NCBI GenBank assembly: GCA_973895155.1 | Contig: OZ316892.1 | Span: 22,855,168-22,919,167 of the forward strand | DNA: 64,000 nt | Direction: 5' to 3' | Source: Marsupella aquatica | Lineage: Eukaryota > Plantae > Marchantiophyta | Part shown: one piece after another, positions 1-12,025 of the stretch | Layout of the letters: the number at the start of each line of letters is the position of its first letter | How positions within the stretch are numbered: the first letter of the stretch is position 1 | Position numbers and translations under genes: made by a program | Notes under the pieces: model-generated | What the model was told of the DNA's origin: nothing | The model's input: the letters and a program-made list of their open reading frames with translations, nothing else | Database searches by the model: none

Positions 1-1613
1 TCTTTAAGCCCCATCACAATACGGAACTAAAGTTTAGCCTCAAAGAAGGAATTCTTTTATAAAGAATTTGTTCGCAAAGCCTACACAATTCGCAACACAC
101 TTTTGCTGCCAGGTGTTTTTTTTCATGCCTTAGAGGAGGATTTTTAAGTAAACATTTTTTTGGGGAGGGGAAGAACCCCAAAATTTTTAATTTTTAATAA
201 GAATCTGCGAAAACCCCACGGAAAGGGGAAGCCAACAGGGCCAAACGGGAGGGCAAACCCAACAAAAGCCCAAGGCAGAGGCATAAAAACTCCAGGCAGC
301 AGCACAAACCATGGAGAAAAGCCAGCCAAAGATACTTTAAAACAATAACAGACCCGAAGACAGGATCAGAGAGATCCTGAGACCTATCCCAATTTAAAAG
401 ACCAACACCTGGAGAAACAATCCAGGAGAGAGACAAAAGATTGACCCTCCCGTAGGAAAAGTGAACCTGAAATGAGAGACCGCTAAACATCATTCGATGT
501 GATTCGGCCACCACCGGTGCCCAACCATCTCTGCTTTTCAACATCCACATGTTGTTTAGCTCTGATTCCTAGGGGAAACTTGTTCTTGCTTTTTCGTGCC
601 ATTGTGAGGTATCTCCGAATAAAATGACATGGCTGACAATTTTAGACCAAATAAACAAACAGAGAGATTGTGGTGGCAACCTTGTTTTTTAATAAGAGAA
701 AATCACTTTGGGTGGGTCAAATGTGGTATGCGCCACAGGTGCTTGTAGTAGTTGTAGGAATCATATTAAACAAACACAAAGTGCACATCACCTTTGGTGT
801 GCACCGAAATGGGTTCTTTGTAAAGAGAGAACATAATCTCCATACTTTGTAGATATTTTCTTTCTTTCCGAGAGCGGCAACCCCCTCCCCCACAAAAAAA
901 AACACCTAAAAACAAAACATCCGCCAGCCAAAAACATTTTTTTACAAAGTGCTGAGCTGAAGAACGTAGCACTGGTGACAGCCCACCTTTACTTTACCTT
1001 GTTCGAATTCGATCATACGCATGTTAAATGATTGAAAAACCCAAAAGGCAGCCGTCACCTCACCTTACATCAACCTTCCCTAGATAAAAACAAAAACCAA
1101 AAACATCATCCTGCTGGTTGATGTTGTGATTGATTCTCTGCCCATCGACAATCATGGAGAAAGCAATGCACATTAGAGGAGAAGAGGTACCTGGGAAGGT
1201 GAGCCTATATACTATGTATACATATAGAATAGATTAGCATAGTCAAGGTTGAAGATGGAAATTTGTGAGGCAGAGGGGATGTGGGTGGATCCAGAGGCAA
1301 GATGCCCAGACATGTAGAAAGTACACTAGAAAGTACCTACAGAAGGGAATCATTGCCAGTCATTTATCAAGGGCAATTTTGGCCGGATTTTACCTTGTAA
1401 CCCTTCCACCTAACATATAAACTAAATTTTCAGAAGTTTTCAGGTGACTTGCCTCAATCCTTAGTGAAACTCACTAACTTCGAGATTCTCCTTAGATCAC
1501 GGAAATTTCTGTAGACTCAATATAGATCTACATATACTTTATAATTCATGATTGAGGTCGACCGTTCATGACTTACTCGGAAGGGTGAATCTATAGGTCA
1601 TTATTATTAAATA

Positions 1614-1961
1614 AATAAATATATTTATTTCTTTTCTTTTCTTTGAAAACCGAAAGCAGACCCATCCAACAGAGGATAGACGTCCTGCTTTGGAGCATGT
1701 ATTTCTATGTAGGGCAACCACAAGGGGACAATACCCAGGGATCCCACAGGGACCCCTACCAGGAGGAAGAGAGGATTAAACCAGAACCCAAAGTGGACAA
1801 CCAGGGCTGAGGAGATAATCAATACTCCCACCACTACACCCCACCCACCCACACACACACACACATACCCTCCACACCCCTTATGTGTGGAGGGAGGATT
1901 GAACCTGGGACCTCGCGGTTCTAGGCTCATACTCTGGCCAATTGACCAAATCCAGTTGGTT
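1614..1961 (-). mobile_element. tRNA-derived SINE (family A), apparently full length
   Basis: The minus strand begins ACCAACTGGATTTGGTCAATTGG (A-box-like) followed by GGTTCAATCC (B-box), then a GT-rich body and an A-rich tail. It is flanked by the 14-bp TSD attattattaaata (1600-1613 and 1962-1975). A related copy lies at 51237-51529. Confidence 0.85.
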
Positions 1962-3325
1962 ATTATTATTAAATAGTTTTATTACTGCCTTTGAGTCCCC
2001 CTAAAGGCACATCCACCACTGTCCCCATGGGCACACAGAGATCTGTACAGGCAGAATCAGATACAGAACATGAGGGCAGCTCTGCCAAGTTCCCACCAGT
2101 CTTCCGTAAACTCATGTTCCAAAAATGTTGTGCATGTAAAACCCACCTTGATATGGAACTATTTTACCCATATGGGAGCCCATAATACATTACCGTGCTG
2201 TAGAGAGTCCACAGAGGTTTACCAGTTTTAGACTGCTAAACTTTTTAAAGCATCCATACATGGTTGGACTATGGTGCCCTCCCCAATGAAAAGATGCCTT
2301 GCACCTGTGGTTCCCTTTGGGCAAAGGCAGTAGTTATGTGCAACGGTGTGGAAGAAATGTGCAAATGTTGTAGGATGTGAATATTGTTGAGAATTCCAAC
2401 AATGTTACACACGAGAAACCATCAAGCGAGATCACACCAACGCCATGAATACCTTGTTCACCTTGGTCAAGGCTACACCTATGGGAATACAAGACTTTTA
2501 CTAAGTTCTGGTCACCATAGCCATGCCAAATCTCCATAGTAAACCTCCAAGATTGCTACTCTAGCTCCTAGCTTGCTCCCTACAAATGGGCATGAGGCTC
2601 ACTGAGGAGTTCTCCCTTGCTAGGTGAGAAGTCTAGTTGTGTCTAATCACCATTAAGGCCCCAACAGTGATTAGTGAAAGTGAGGTTAGCCAAAGACTAA
2701 GAGTTAACCTAACTAACATGTGGCAATCTGGTCAGGACCCTGGCAAGGGTATATACATTTTGCCAAGTCTGGGAAAAAATGATTGTGGCTGGAAAATACA
2801 GTAGACATGGTGTTGAGGTTAGGGTAGAGGACATGGATGACCATCTGATGGCGACAGTCAGATTGTTTCATGTTAACTCTAGTTACTTTGCTTCACCAGT
2901 GGTGGAAAAGATGACAAACTAGTAACTAAACTAAAAAGAGTGGCAAGGTATCTATTATTACAACAAAGAGTGCCAATGTACTAAATCTCAGACAAATAGA
3001 TAATACATGTTCAATGTTATTGATGTTGGTAATCATTTTTTGTGGAGTCCAAAGGTTTTGCTGTTGACCTTCAATCAAAGTAAGTCTGTGAACTAAGTAC
3101 TAACACCAATAGTGCACGCCTAAAGTAACAAATGTTACCACAATACTATTTTTTTATTCCACAACACTCTATGGAGCATAATGTGGCCCCCAAGAAAAAA
3201 ATCAATCCAAAACAATCAAGGAAGGTACATTCCAAAGACAACCAAATACATTGTGTGAGGTTGCATCATGAGCAAAAGAGAACACCACACAGCAATCACA
3301 GGACTTGCAACCCAAAATAGCCTTA

Positions 3326-3661
3326 GGGCTGTCTTGCATGTGCAAGAGTCCTAAAAAAAGCGGCCCTTACCAGCTCACAAATATCGGAAAAAAGTGCAAA
3401 CCAAATCTACCAGGAGTGGGGAGCAGATACACGGGAAAAACGTCCAGAAGTCTGGGTCGAAGACGACGTGTTATGTCTACCATTTTGTTTTATTATGATT
3501 TGAAGGTTGGGGACCTCAAGGGCCGGAAATTTTCCGGCCCTTGCCCTTGCAACTCCACCAAAGATGGCGTCAAGACTGCCGAACTGTCGCTTGATTAAAA
3601 AAAGGCCACGGGTTCATTTCAGGGCCGGAAACCAAAAGACCTTGTACATGCAAGACGGCCC
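3326..3661. mobile_element. Tourist/PIF-Harbinger-like MITE
   Basis: Terminal inverted repeats (TIRs) GGGCTGTCTTGCATGTGCAAG ... CTTGTACATGCAAGACGGCCC. TTA TSD at 3323-3325 and 3662-3664. No coding capacity. Confidence 0.85.
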
Positions 3662-4261
3662 TTAAATCCGCCATAAGGAGTATCATTTCCCCAAAGGCCG
3701 GTCCCACTCTGAAATTGGGGTTAGCAAGGCTTAGTGGGCTAAAGACAGATTAGAGTGTAAAGTGTAATAAGTAAACAAAAAGATTGGGATAGTATATATA
3801 AAGAAAAGAAACATTAATGCTTAAAATAATTAAACTAATAATAGGAGCATAGTATATATTTCTTACAAAGAAGAGTGACAGTGTATCTAAAAAATTAAAC
3901 TAAACACCGTGACAGAGTATATATATTTTCGTACATTTTTTTATAAAGAAGAGTGACATTGTAATAAATTTAGCATGCATAGATATTCTCCAGTTAAAAA
4001 ATCATTCCTCCTCCATCTCCATTTCTTCGTGATCACAGCTGAAGCTTTCGGCTATGGAAGCATGCATTCCAGGTGAGCGGAGAGAGCGCTAATGAGCATG
4101 GCGACGACTCTGCTTCGTTGCTCTCATGGACTTCATGACTTGATACTTCTACCGGACATCGCTGGCAGTGAATAAATTTGCGCAGTTTTATAATCCGTGC
4201 ACGAGGCGACCTCGAGAGCGCGTGGATGCTGCGCGAGAGCTCATCTTTCTCGTTCGTATTA

Positions 4262-4316
4262 AAGAAGAGAGAGAGTGAGAGAGAAACAGTGAGCGAGAGA
4301 GAGAGAGAGAGAGAGC
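4262..4316 (+). repeat. (GA)n microsatellite
   Basis: Imperfect GA dinucleotide run, visible directly. Confidence 0.85.
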
Positions 4317-4779
4317 GATGGCGGGAGCAAGCGAACAAAAAACATGCACGAAGTTACGGACGAACGGGAGGCGAATGGGCGAGAGAGAGTGCGAGCAAGC
4401 AAGCAAGCAATCGAGGGAGACGGAGGAGACGAGCGCAACAAGCTAAACGTGACGGGTGAAGACAAAAGAAGCTTTTCTGGACTTCCCGGGTGAATTTCTG
4501 GCGAGCGAGCTCTTGTGCGAGGGAAGGAGGGAGGGAGAGAGCGAGCTCGATTTTGGCATGGCTGGTGTTGGACCACGGCGAATCATCCATCCACGCTTTC
4601 CCGCACAGCGAGGGAACCTGTCAGAGGCTTTGTTGTTCGCGACGTTGCCGGCATGTTCGTGACGTGGGAGCGAAATATGAAAATGTCCATGAATTCGTCG
4701 ACGCCCCTTTTCTGCTTCCTCCTCAAAGTCTCCTAGACACCTCTGGTTCTTCTTCTCTTTCCATCACTTTTCCTTTCTC

Positions 4780-5255
4780 CTCGTTTCTCCTCTTTTCTCC
4801 TCGTCTCTGTAAATTCCATGACCCTTTTTCCTCCTCTTCTCTGTAAATTCCGTGACCCTTTTTTCTCGTCTTCTCTGTAAATTCCATGGCCCTCTTTTCT
4901 CGTCTTCTATGTGATTTCCATGACTCCTCTTTTCTCCTCCACTCTGTAAATTCCAATTCCATTACTCTTTTCTCCTCTTCTGTGTAATTTCCTTGAGTTG
5001 TCTTTCCTTGAGTTGTCTTTATAGACCCCATTCTCTTTACAGACCCCATGAGATGATCCTTCTAAAATCTCTAGCACCACATTGAGCCACATCATCGAGT
5101 CTAGCCACAAACAGGAAAGATGATGTTTTCTCCTTTTTGTGTGTAAATTCCATGACTTCTCCTTTCTCCTGTTCATGACTTTTGTTTTCTCCCCTTCTGC
5201 GTAATTTCCATGACTTCTTTTTTCTCCTCGTGTCTGTAATTTCCATGACTCCAAC
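4780..5255 (+). repeat. Degenerate pyrimidine-rich tandem repeat (core ctctgtaaattccatgac, ~35 bp period)
   Basis: About 9 copies of the tgtaaattccatgac-like core separated by CT-rich spacers. Confidence 0.75.
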
Positions 5256-6055
5256 ATCAGTCAGTCGACTCGTCAACTGCATAAAGCTGTTGAGAATATA
5301 CTACAGTACTTACCTTATCACACGTCTGAGATTTACTGAACTAGCCTGAGTCCTTTATCACACGCCTGAGATTTACTCAACTAGCCGGATCAAGTGCCCC
5401 ATTCTTGGAATATAATTAAAGGTGACTATATTCAAACGTCTAATTTCAGAGACCCACCCTGCACCCAATCTTCATTTTACACTCACAACCCAACTTTGGT
5501 TATGCCCTGGAGGCACAATCTAGTGTAGAGACTTCACTCTAGGCTATAGGCCTTGAAGAATAGCTTTAGATTGCAATTCTATAATTAGACTACCACTCTT
5601 CTTTGTCTATATATACTCTTTGCCATCCTTTTTGCTGCTGGTTAACTAACACATTGGTTAACCAATGTGACCGCAGTTAACTTGAAACAATTTGACAGTC
5701 ACCAGGGAGATGGTCTTCCATGACCTCTACCCTAACCACAGGACCCTTCCAACCCTTGACTTTAGGTTGGGTCTCTTACTTTGCTCCAACCCCTGCTTGG
5801 TTGGATGCCCCACCCCCCTGTCCCCCTTGGTCGAGGTTGGGTAAGGATGTATATTTAATTTAAGGACGGTAAAAAATTATCCGGCAATAAAACTGGCAAG
5901 ATGTTGATCGTTGGATCATTCCAAAACTAGCCAGAGTCAATCTACTCAACCAGCAATGTCACAAATCTCACTAGCAACATTTGATCTTCAAGCTAGATGC
6001 TACACTTAAAAAAAGCTCTCAAACCCTATGGCTTGAAAAGACCTACGAGAGAGGG

Positions 6056-6480
6056 GGGGCGCATCATGCAAACACTAGAGTATGTTGTTTTCTGTAACAT
6101 CGTTTCCCTGGAATGAACTTTTGCCCTGCTATTCCAATTCACATTCCTTCATGAACTCTTTTGCTATAGGATGCTAAGGGGATGGACGGATTGGCCCATC
6201 ATGCAAACACCCGTGCCTCACTTTTCGTTTGCCCCTTATTGTATTCAACTAAGTAGTATCTCTGAATTATATTCTATTGGGAGGGGGAGGAGGGCGGGCA
6301 TCATGCAAACACTACAGTACATTCTTTTCCTGTACCCCCTCATTTCCCTGGAATTAACTTTTGCCCTGCTATTCCAATTCACATTCCTTCTGTTGTTTTT
6401 GACAAGAGCTACACTAGGAGCCAGCATGCTGAGCATCATGCAAACACTCACCCTCCCTTTTCCTTTGGCCCCTTGTTGTC
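6056..6480 (+). repeat. Local direct duplication (~240 bp period, 120 bp sub-period)
   Basis: catcatgcaaacac occurs four times. ttttgccctgctattccaattcacattccttc occurs at ~6119 and ~6359. Confidence 0.75.
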
Positions 6481-9259
6481 TTGTGTTAAGTAGTATCTAT
6501 GATTTGGGGGAGGGGGGAATTTTTCCTTTTTGGCGGAAACTGGAAACTCAGATCCATTGATTAACCCCATGTGACGCATTGGACACAAAATGTTGTCATT
6601 TTGTATTAAACTTTTGTTTTCACGGATTCTGTGTGATCTGGGTATAATATAGCATTTACAATGTGCATGAGGAGTTTTTTAATCCCTATTGTTGTTCACT
6701 CACTATGTGCTGCTCAATCTGCCATCGCCAACAGAGCTTGGTATCAAATCCCTGTGAACCCTGGATTTTAACACATTTAACAAAGAGATCTACAGTGTCC
6801 ACAATTATTGATAAGTGCACTTTTTGGGTGTGCACTTATCAAGGATTGCAACACCTGGTTTAGTGTTTGCCGGATTCATCTTCCTGAGAGTGTGCACTTA
6901 GAGAGAGCTAACTTTAGCTTCATTTCCTCTCCCCTTCCCTCCTCTCATTCTTTCTTTTTTGGGAAAGAATTGAGTATCATGATTGAACTTGGGGGGCCAC
7001 TCCCTTCCTCATAAAAATTTCTTTGTAGAAAGCCCAGGTGCTCCACCACGTCCTTGCAATAAAAACTTGACACGCAAGAAAAAGAAGATTTCTATACACC
7101 TGGTTGCGTCGGGTTGGGTATCCCTGCTTTTTCCAAAAAGGAAAAAGAAGACTCCCATACCGTTTTGCAACAAAGTAAAAAGGGATCATATATTGAGGAA
7201 CCCCTCCTCGTAGTCACTTCGTTGGATCAGACAAAAGCTTATTTGGATTTTGCTATCATAACCAGTGCAAGGTAAATTGATCAACACATTTATGCATCCA
7301 CCCAATCAGTCACAAAGAAAGTCACAAGGTTCAAAATGAGGTATTTTCACAGCCATTGATTGTGGCGTAGCCCCAATAAGGATAATTTGGCCACAATTGC
7401 AGAGCTAACCTTACAGGAATCCCCTTCTCCCTTCCCCCCTCCCCAATGGCAAATCTTCTAAAACATCATTAGAAGATCTCCTTTCGACACTTGGTATTTA
7501 TGGAGTCTCTTCTCTTTCCTGTGTAACGCTTCTGGAGTCACCAAAGCACAACAATAATGAAATACATACAATATATTGACCTTTACTGGACTAGGTTGGT
7601 CACCAAACAAATACAACATCCAGATTTGCGACTACGTAGCCTAACTTTTGGAACAAATAAAGCTAGAGCCCCCTGAAAATGGTAAGCCAATGAAATGATG
7701 GTGCAAGATCCCGAATTCTGTAAAGAGATAACATATTCTGTGAAAGAGATAAAAAAGTTCAAAACAGTAATGGAAAGATGAGATGTTTGGGATTAAAAAA
7801 AGGGGGGTGCAAATTGACAGATCAGCCCTGTCTAATATAAAAGAAAGGAGGAGGAGATGCTAAGAATCTTCCTCACCAATTTTTTCTAGATTAATCCCTG
7901 ACTGTCAGATCTCCAGCTAGTAGGGTCTGTGGCTGGACGGGAAACTGACTGGCCCAAAGAAAATATACTGTAGCTAATCTCACCCAAAAGTGGTGAAGAC
8001 ATGTTAGATACTGTAGCTAGAATCCAGCAAATTGTTGCACTAAAGGAAAGGTTTTTCTCGTTCTCCAGGATGGGGGTGCAAATTGAAAGATCAGTGTGTA
8101 ATAATATAAAAGAAAGAAGGGGATACGAAGGAGATGCAAACAAAATTGGTGACTGAGTCTCAAATACAAAAGAAGAAGATCACATTCTGAATCTCTAGAT
8201 TCGGTGTTCCAGAACATTACAATGAAGAATGAGATTGTTGTGGCGCTTGCTTATTCGTTCAGGTCTTGAAGAAACGCTTCACTAAAGAAGCTATGATCGC
8301 ACTGTCAACAGAAGGATGAAAAGGCCCCTAATCATCGGAGTTGTTGCCTAGCGGATCAGCCCATCACATCCAACCTGCTCTTTCAATTTGGCTCATCAAT
8401 GGCCAGCGATGGAGTAGGTTTGACCCAACACGCCCCTTTCCATGCACGCTTCTCAGCCCACTGGCGTGGCTTACATGAGACTCTTACTGCGTATTTCGCA
8501 ATTGGTGGTCTACAATCTCTCAATTCGTTCGAGTCAGTTTTGTCAATTTCTTTATATGTTTGCTTCCCATCTGCCAAGGTTTGAAATGATGTGCGTCGTC
8601 TCCCCTGCTGCACGAGAACCTTCTCCTTCAACTCAAGCTGTGGGTGTCTTTTCATCTTTTGCCTGATAATCGTGTCTAATACGAGAATGGACAGACCCAC
8701 GGGTAATAAAGGTCGGTGCTCTATATATTTGCTCTCTCAGAGGTAACTTTTGAATGCACTAATAACAGTCAAGCTTAAAGAGAATAAGTGGAGTCTCTAG
8801 CATGCATGCGTCCATCATTTCTCTTGATTTTCTCCACTCGAGATTTCTGAAAAAGTAACGATGCCCGTCTAGTACCGAGGTTTACCGTTGAACAATCCCA
8901 TGCAAGGGCTTCTAAATGATGATGAATGGTCCTAGATTGGAGATGAATACCAACTTGGCTTCACAGGTAACAAAACGAGATTTGCAGAAATGGTCTTCTG
9001 GAAATTTTACTTCAAAGATGGGCATTCTTGTTGCTCCATTCGCCAATCGTACGCATGCCAACCACACGCTAGCCAAACTAACAGCAAACAAGCAAGGACA
9101 GAGAAAAGATCCAGGAGCTGTAAGCAAGGTTGGCAGAAACTATAATTCCAGTCGATGGGCAGAAACACACACACAGTAAGTGTGTTGCAAAATGGAGAAA
9201 TTGACATGGAATGGTTAACAAACTAAATAATGATTAGAAAAACCTGTCACTTCCAACAG

Positions 9260-10260
9260 CAACAGGTGGCCCTACACAAACAACTATGGCAACCGTTTGA
9301 AGCAAAACCGTGGTAATATGGTGTTTGCACAAAGCGTAGAACCGCGATTCCGAAAACATGTAGGGCAATGAATGATTAAAGATGCTGTCCTCGTGCGAAA
9401 GGGAGTTGTGATGGGCCTACACAGAAAACCATGGCAACAGGAAACCCCACATTAGAAACAAAACTGTGGTATTATAGATTCTGCACAAATCTAAAATCAT
9501 GATTCCAAAAACATGTAGGGCCGCGGTTTCACTCGGTCGGTTCTACACTGCTGGGAGTTCCTGGCTTTCGGACTCCTGGTTTTCTTGCAGGCACAGAAGC
9601 CACTCAAGCTTTTTTGAGTTACATCGCAAAGCGAATTGCATGTAGCACACGGGCACTCCTGCCCTGAATTTTGCATTTTTCAATAAAATACTCATTCCAG
9701 GCAAAAAAGAAAGCATGCAGGGCAATAAGTGATGGACATGTTTTCTTTCAAAAGGAGAGGTGATGGCCCTACACCAGAACCATGACAACAAGCACGCATA
9801 ATCATACTCGAAGCAAAAGTGTGGTATGGGGTCTACGCAAATCTAGAACTATAGTTTTAAAAACAGAATGATTAGAGACTCTTCTCTTTCAAAAGGTCGA
9901 GGAGATGGCCCCACACACATGACAATGGCAACAGGGGAGTACACTTTATAAGCAAAACTGTGATATTATGGAGTCTACACAACCTTCCAGAACCAGAATT
10001 CCAGAACTATGGACCGCGAAGGGCACGAAATCTGCACGTAGGAAATTAAAGAAGACCTACAAGTTGAATGGATCTTCACTCCAGTCCAAAAGCCCAAGCT
10101 CCTGCTATGATGAACGTCGCCGTCAAAGGGGATGGAACTGTCCTATGAGTGCAAAATTCCAAAGGAAAAGGAATTCACTCTGGTCCAAAGCGCAAACTCT
10201 GGCTATGATGAACGTATTCGTCAGAGGGGATGGAACACTTCTATGAGTGCAAAATTCCAA
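9260..10260 (+). repeat. Cluster of degenerate direct repeats
   Basis: Four copies of a ggccctacac...catggcaac...aaaactgtggtat module (~9265, 9410, 9760, 9903) and a ~98-bp tandem duplication (ctatgatgaacgt...gagtgcaaaattccaa at ~10105 and ~10203). Confidence 0.65.
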
Positions 10261-12025
10261 GAGAGATGTCAGAAAAAGGGATCACGTTGCCTCAATTTGG
10301 ATTCTAGGTCAATGGAGAGGTTGATACACACTGACCAGTCCAATCACATGCTAAAACCGAGTGACCACGAAATTTGCCCAGAAGTTTGTTAACCCAGCAA
10401 ATACGAAAGGTGATTTATTTCCTCATTTCCTTCGGCATGAAGCTGGTCTCTACTCCTCCAGAATAATTTTGAACTCTGGGTGACTTGCACCTCCAGGAGG
10501 CCAGAACACAGTTTCACCCAGAACGCCCACTAGTTGCTGTCAATTACAGACAGTAACTCGCCCTGAACTCGAAATGTTGGTCGACTCATCAGCCACTTAA
10601 TGTACTACTATATTACTTGGGCGAGTCTCATGTTCAGTTTCTCTTTCTGCGTTATTTCTATTGATCTCATCTGACGCAGTGAGGATTAAAATATGTCAAA
10701 ACTTGCAATGCAAATCGAATTGAAGGAAGTAAGTAGTACATGGCATGATCTTCGCTTTTGCAAAGTGACCTTTCCCCTTGTCTTGTGCTACAAAGTGGGG
10801 TTAAAATATGTAAAGCTATGTAGGAAGATTTCGCATTGAAGAACGTAAGGTCGTGTAGCTTAGTTTTAACGAATACCGAAGGGTGGCAATTGAATTGAGA
10901 GGAGAAGTGACACACATCACTCTGTAACAAGATGCCTTTGGGGAAAGCAGAGAAAGGGTAGAGTCGAGGGAGGATTGTAGTTAGGAACAGAAAATCGCTT
11001 AGAGTGAATACGAACGTCCATTGTCGCCTTCATTACATTATTGCACTACTGAACATCCTGAGCACGGTATATTAACTGACAGGCAACAGAGAAGGCGATA
11101 GTATTTTACTGGTTGAAAGGAAGGTACGAACTTCGAAAGCAAAACCCGGAAATGCATAAGCTTACATGGGAGGAAATGAAGGTGACTTATGGATAAAGTC
11201 GGAAACCGAAAGTACTCCAAGGCCAAAGTATATATCTTCTTGCAGTCGATTTACGTGAACCATCCGAAAGGACTGCGAGAATCAATAATCAACTGTCGTG
11301 ATCTTCTGTGTAGATTAGACAAACCGCCGTTGTAGTGAAAACTAATTGCATGTAAGGAAAATGTCGCAGCCAGGATGTGACATATACAGTTCGTTGAGGA
11401 CAAAATGAACTTGTAAGGACATCCAACACCAATTGACTAGTCAAGTTATGCATCGACCAAAATGTTCAGCTAGTGGCAAGCTCCAGATGAAAGTAAGGCA
11501 CATTTGACTACAACAAAAACTTGTCTGAAAGGCATTCCGTCTTTAAGTAATGCAATATAACCAGTTGCAAACAAGTTGAAGGTATGCTCCGACGCACATA
11601 ACTCGTCTTGTCCGGCCAGTTCTTTCAATCATGGACAATAGTGGTGCACGGCTAGGAAGAATAGTATCCCAAGACTTTGCTCTCCGATTGTTCCTAATTA
11701 GAGACCAATCATTGGAGAGACTTAAGTGATTTGGGTCAAAGCAGCCTTGGAAATCAATAGCTGAAGGGGTGCAGTCCCTTCCTGTGTGATCCAAGATTTT
11801 ACTCTCAATATGTTTCGAAGCAGGATCACCTGCTCTCTAGACCTTCTATCCAAATAGCAGAGGCTTGACTTGAGCCAGCATCTACACAATTCTCCCATTT
11901 CTATCTTACATCTTTAATGAATAATATACAACCGAGTTCATAGAAGAGCAGCCTATTTACAAAATGAATGAATTTCAAGTGCCCGAAATTTCAGGCAAGC
12001 AACTTGCGAGGACCTTCACGGACAA

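Noticed and set aside
194-1000. Possible LINE zf-RVT remnant (KVWRL...CTLC on the minus strand)
   Set aside because: Too degenerate to support without a search.
1860-1960. tRNA gene
   Set aside because: A/B boxes are present but no convincing cloverleaf. It continues into a SINE body and tail with a TSD.
4033-5282. Multiple overlapping ORFs
   Set aside because: Products of GA/CT low-complexity and tandem repeats.
7886-11800. Possible additional gene between 8 and 12 kb
   Set aside because: Only short ORFs with no recognisable motifs or consistent exon chain.
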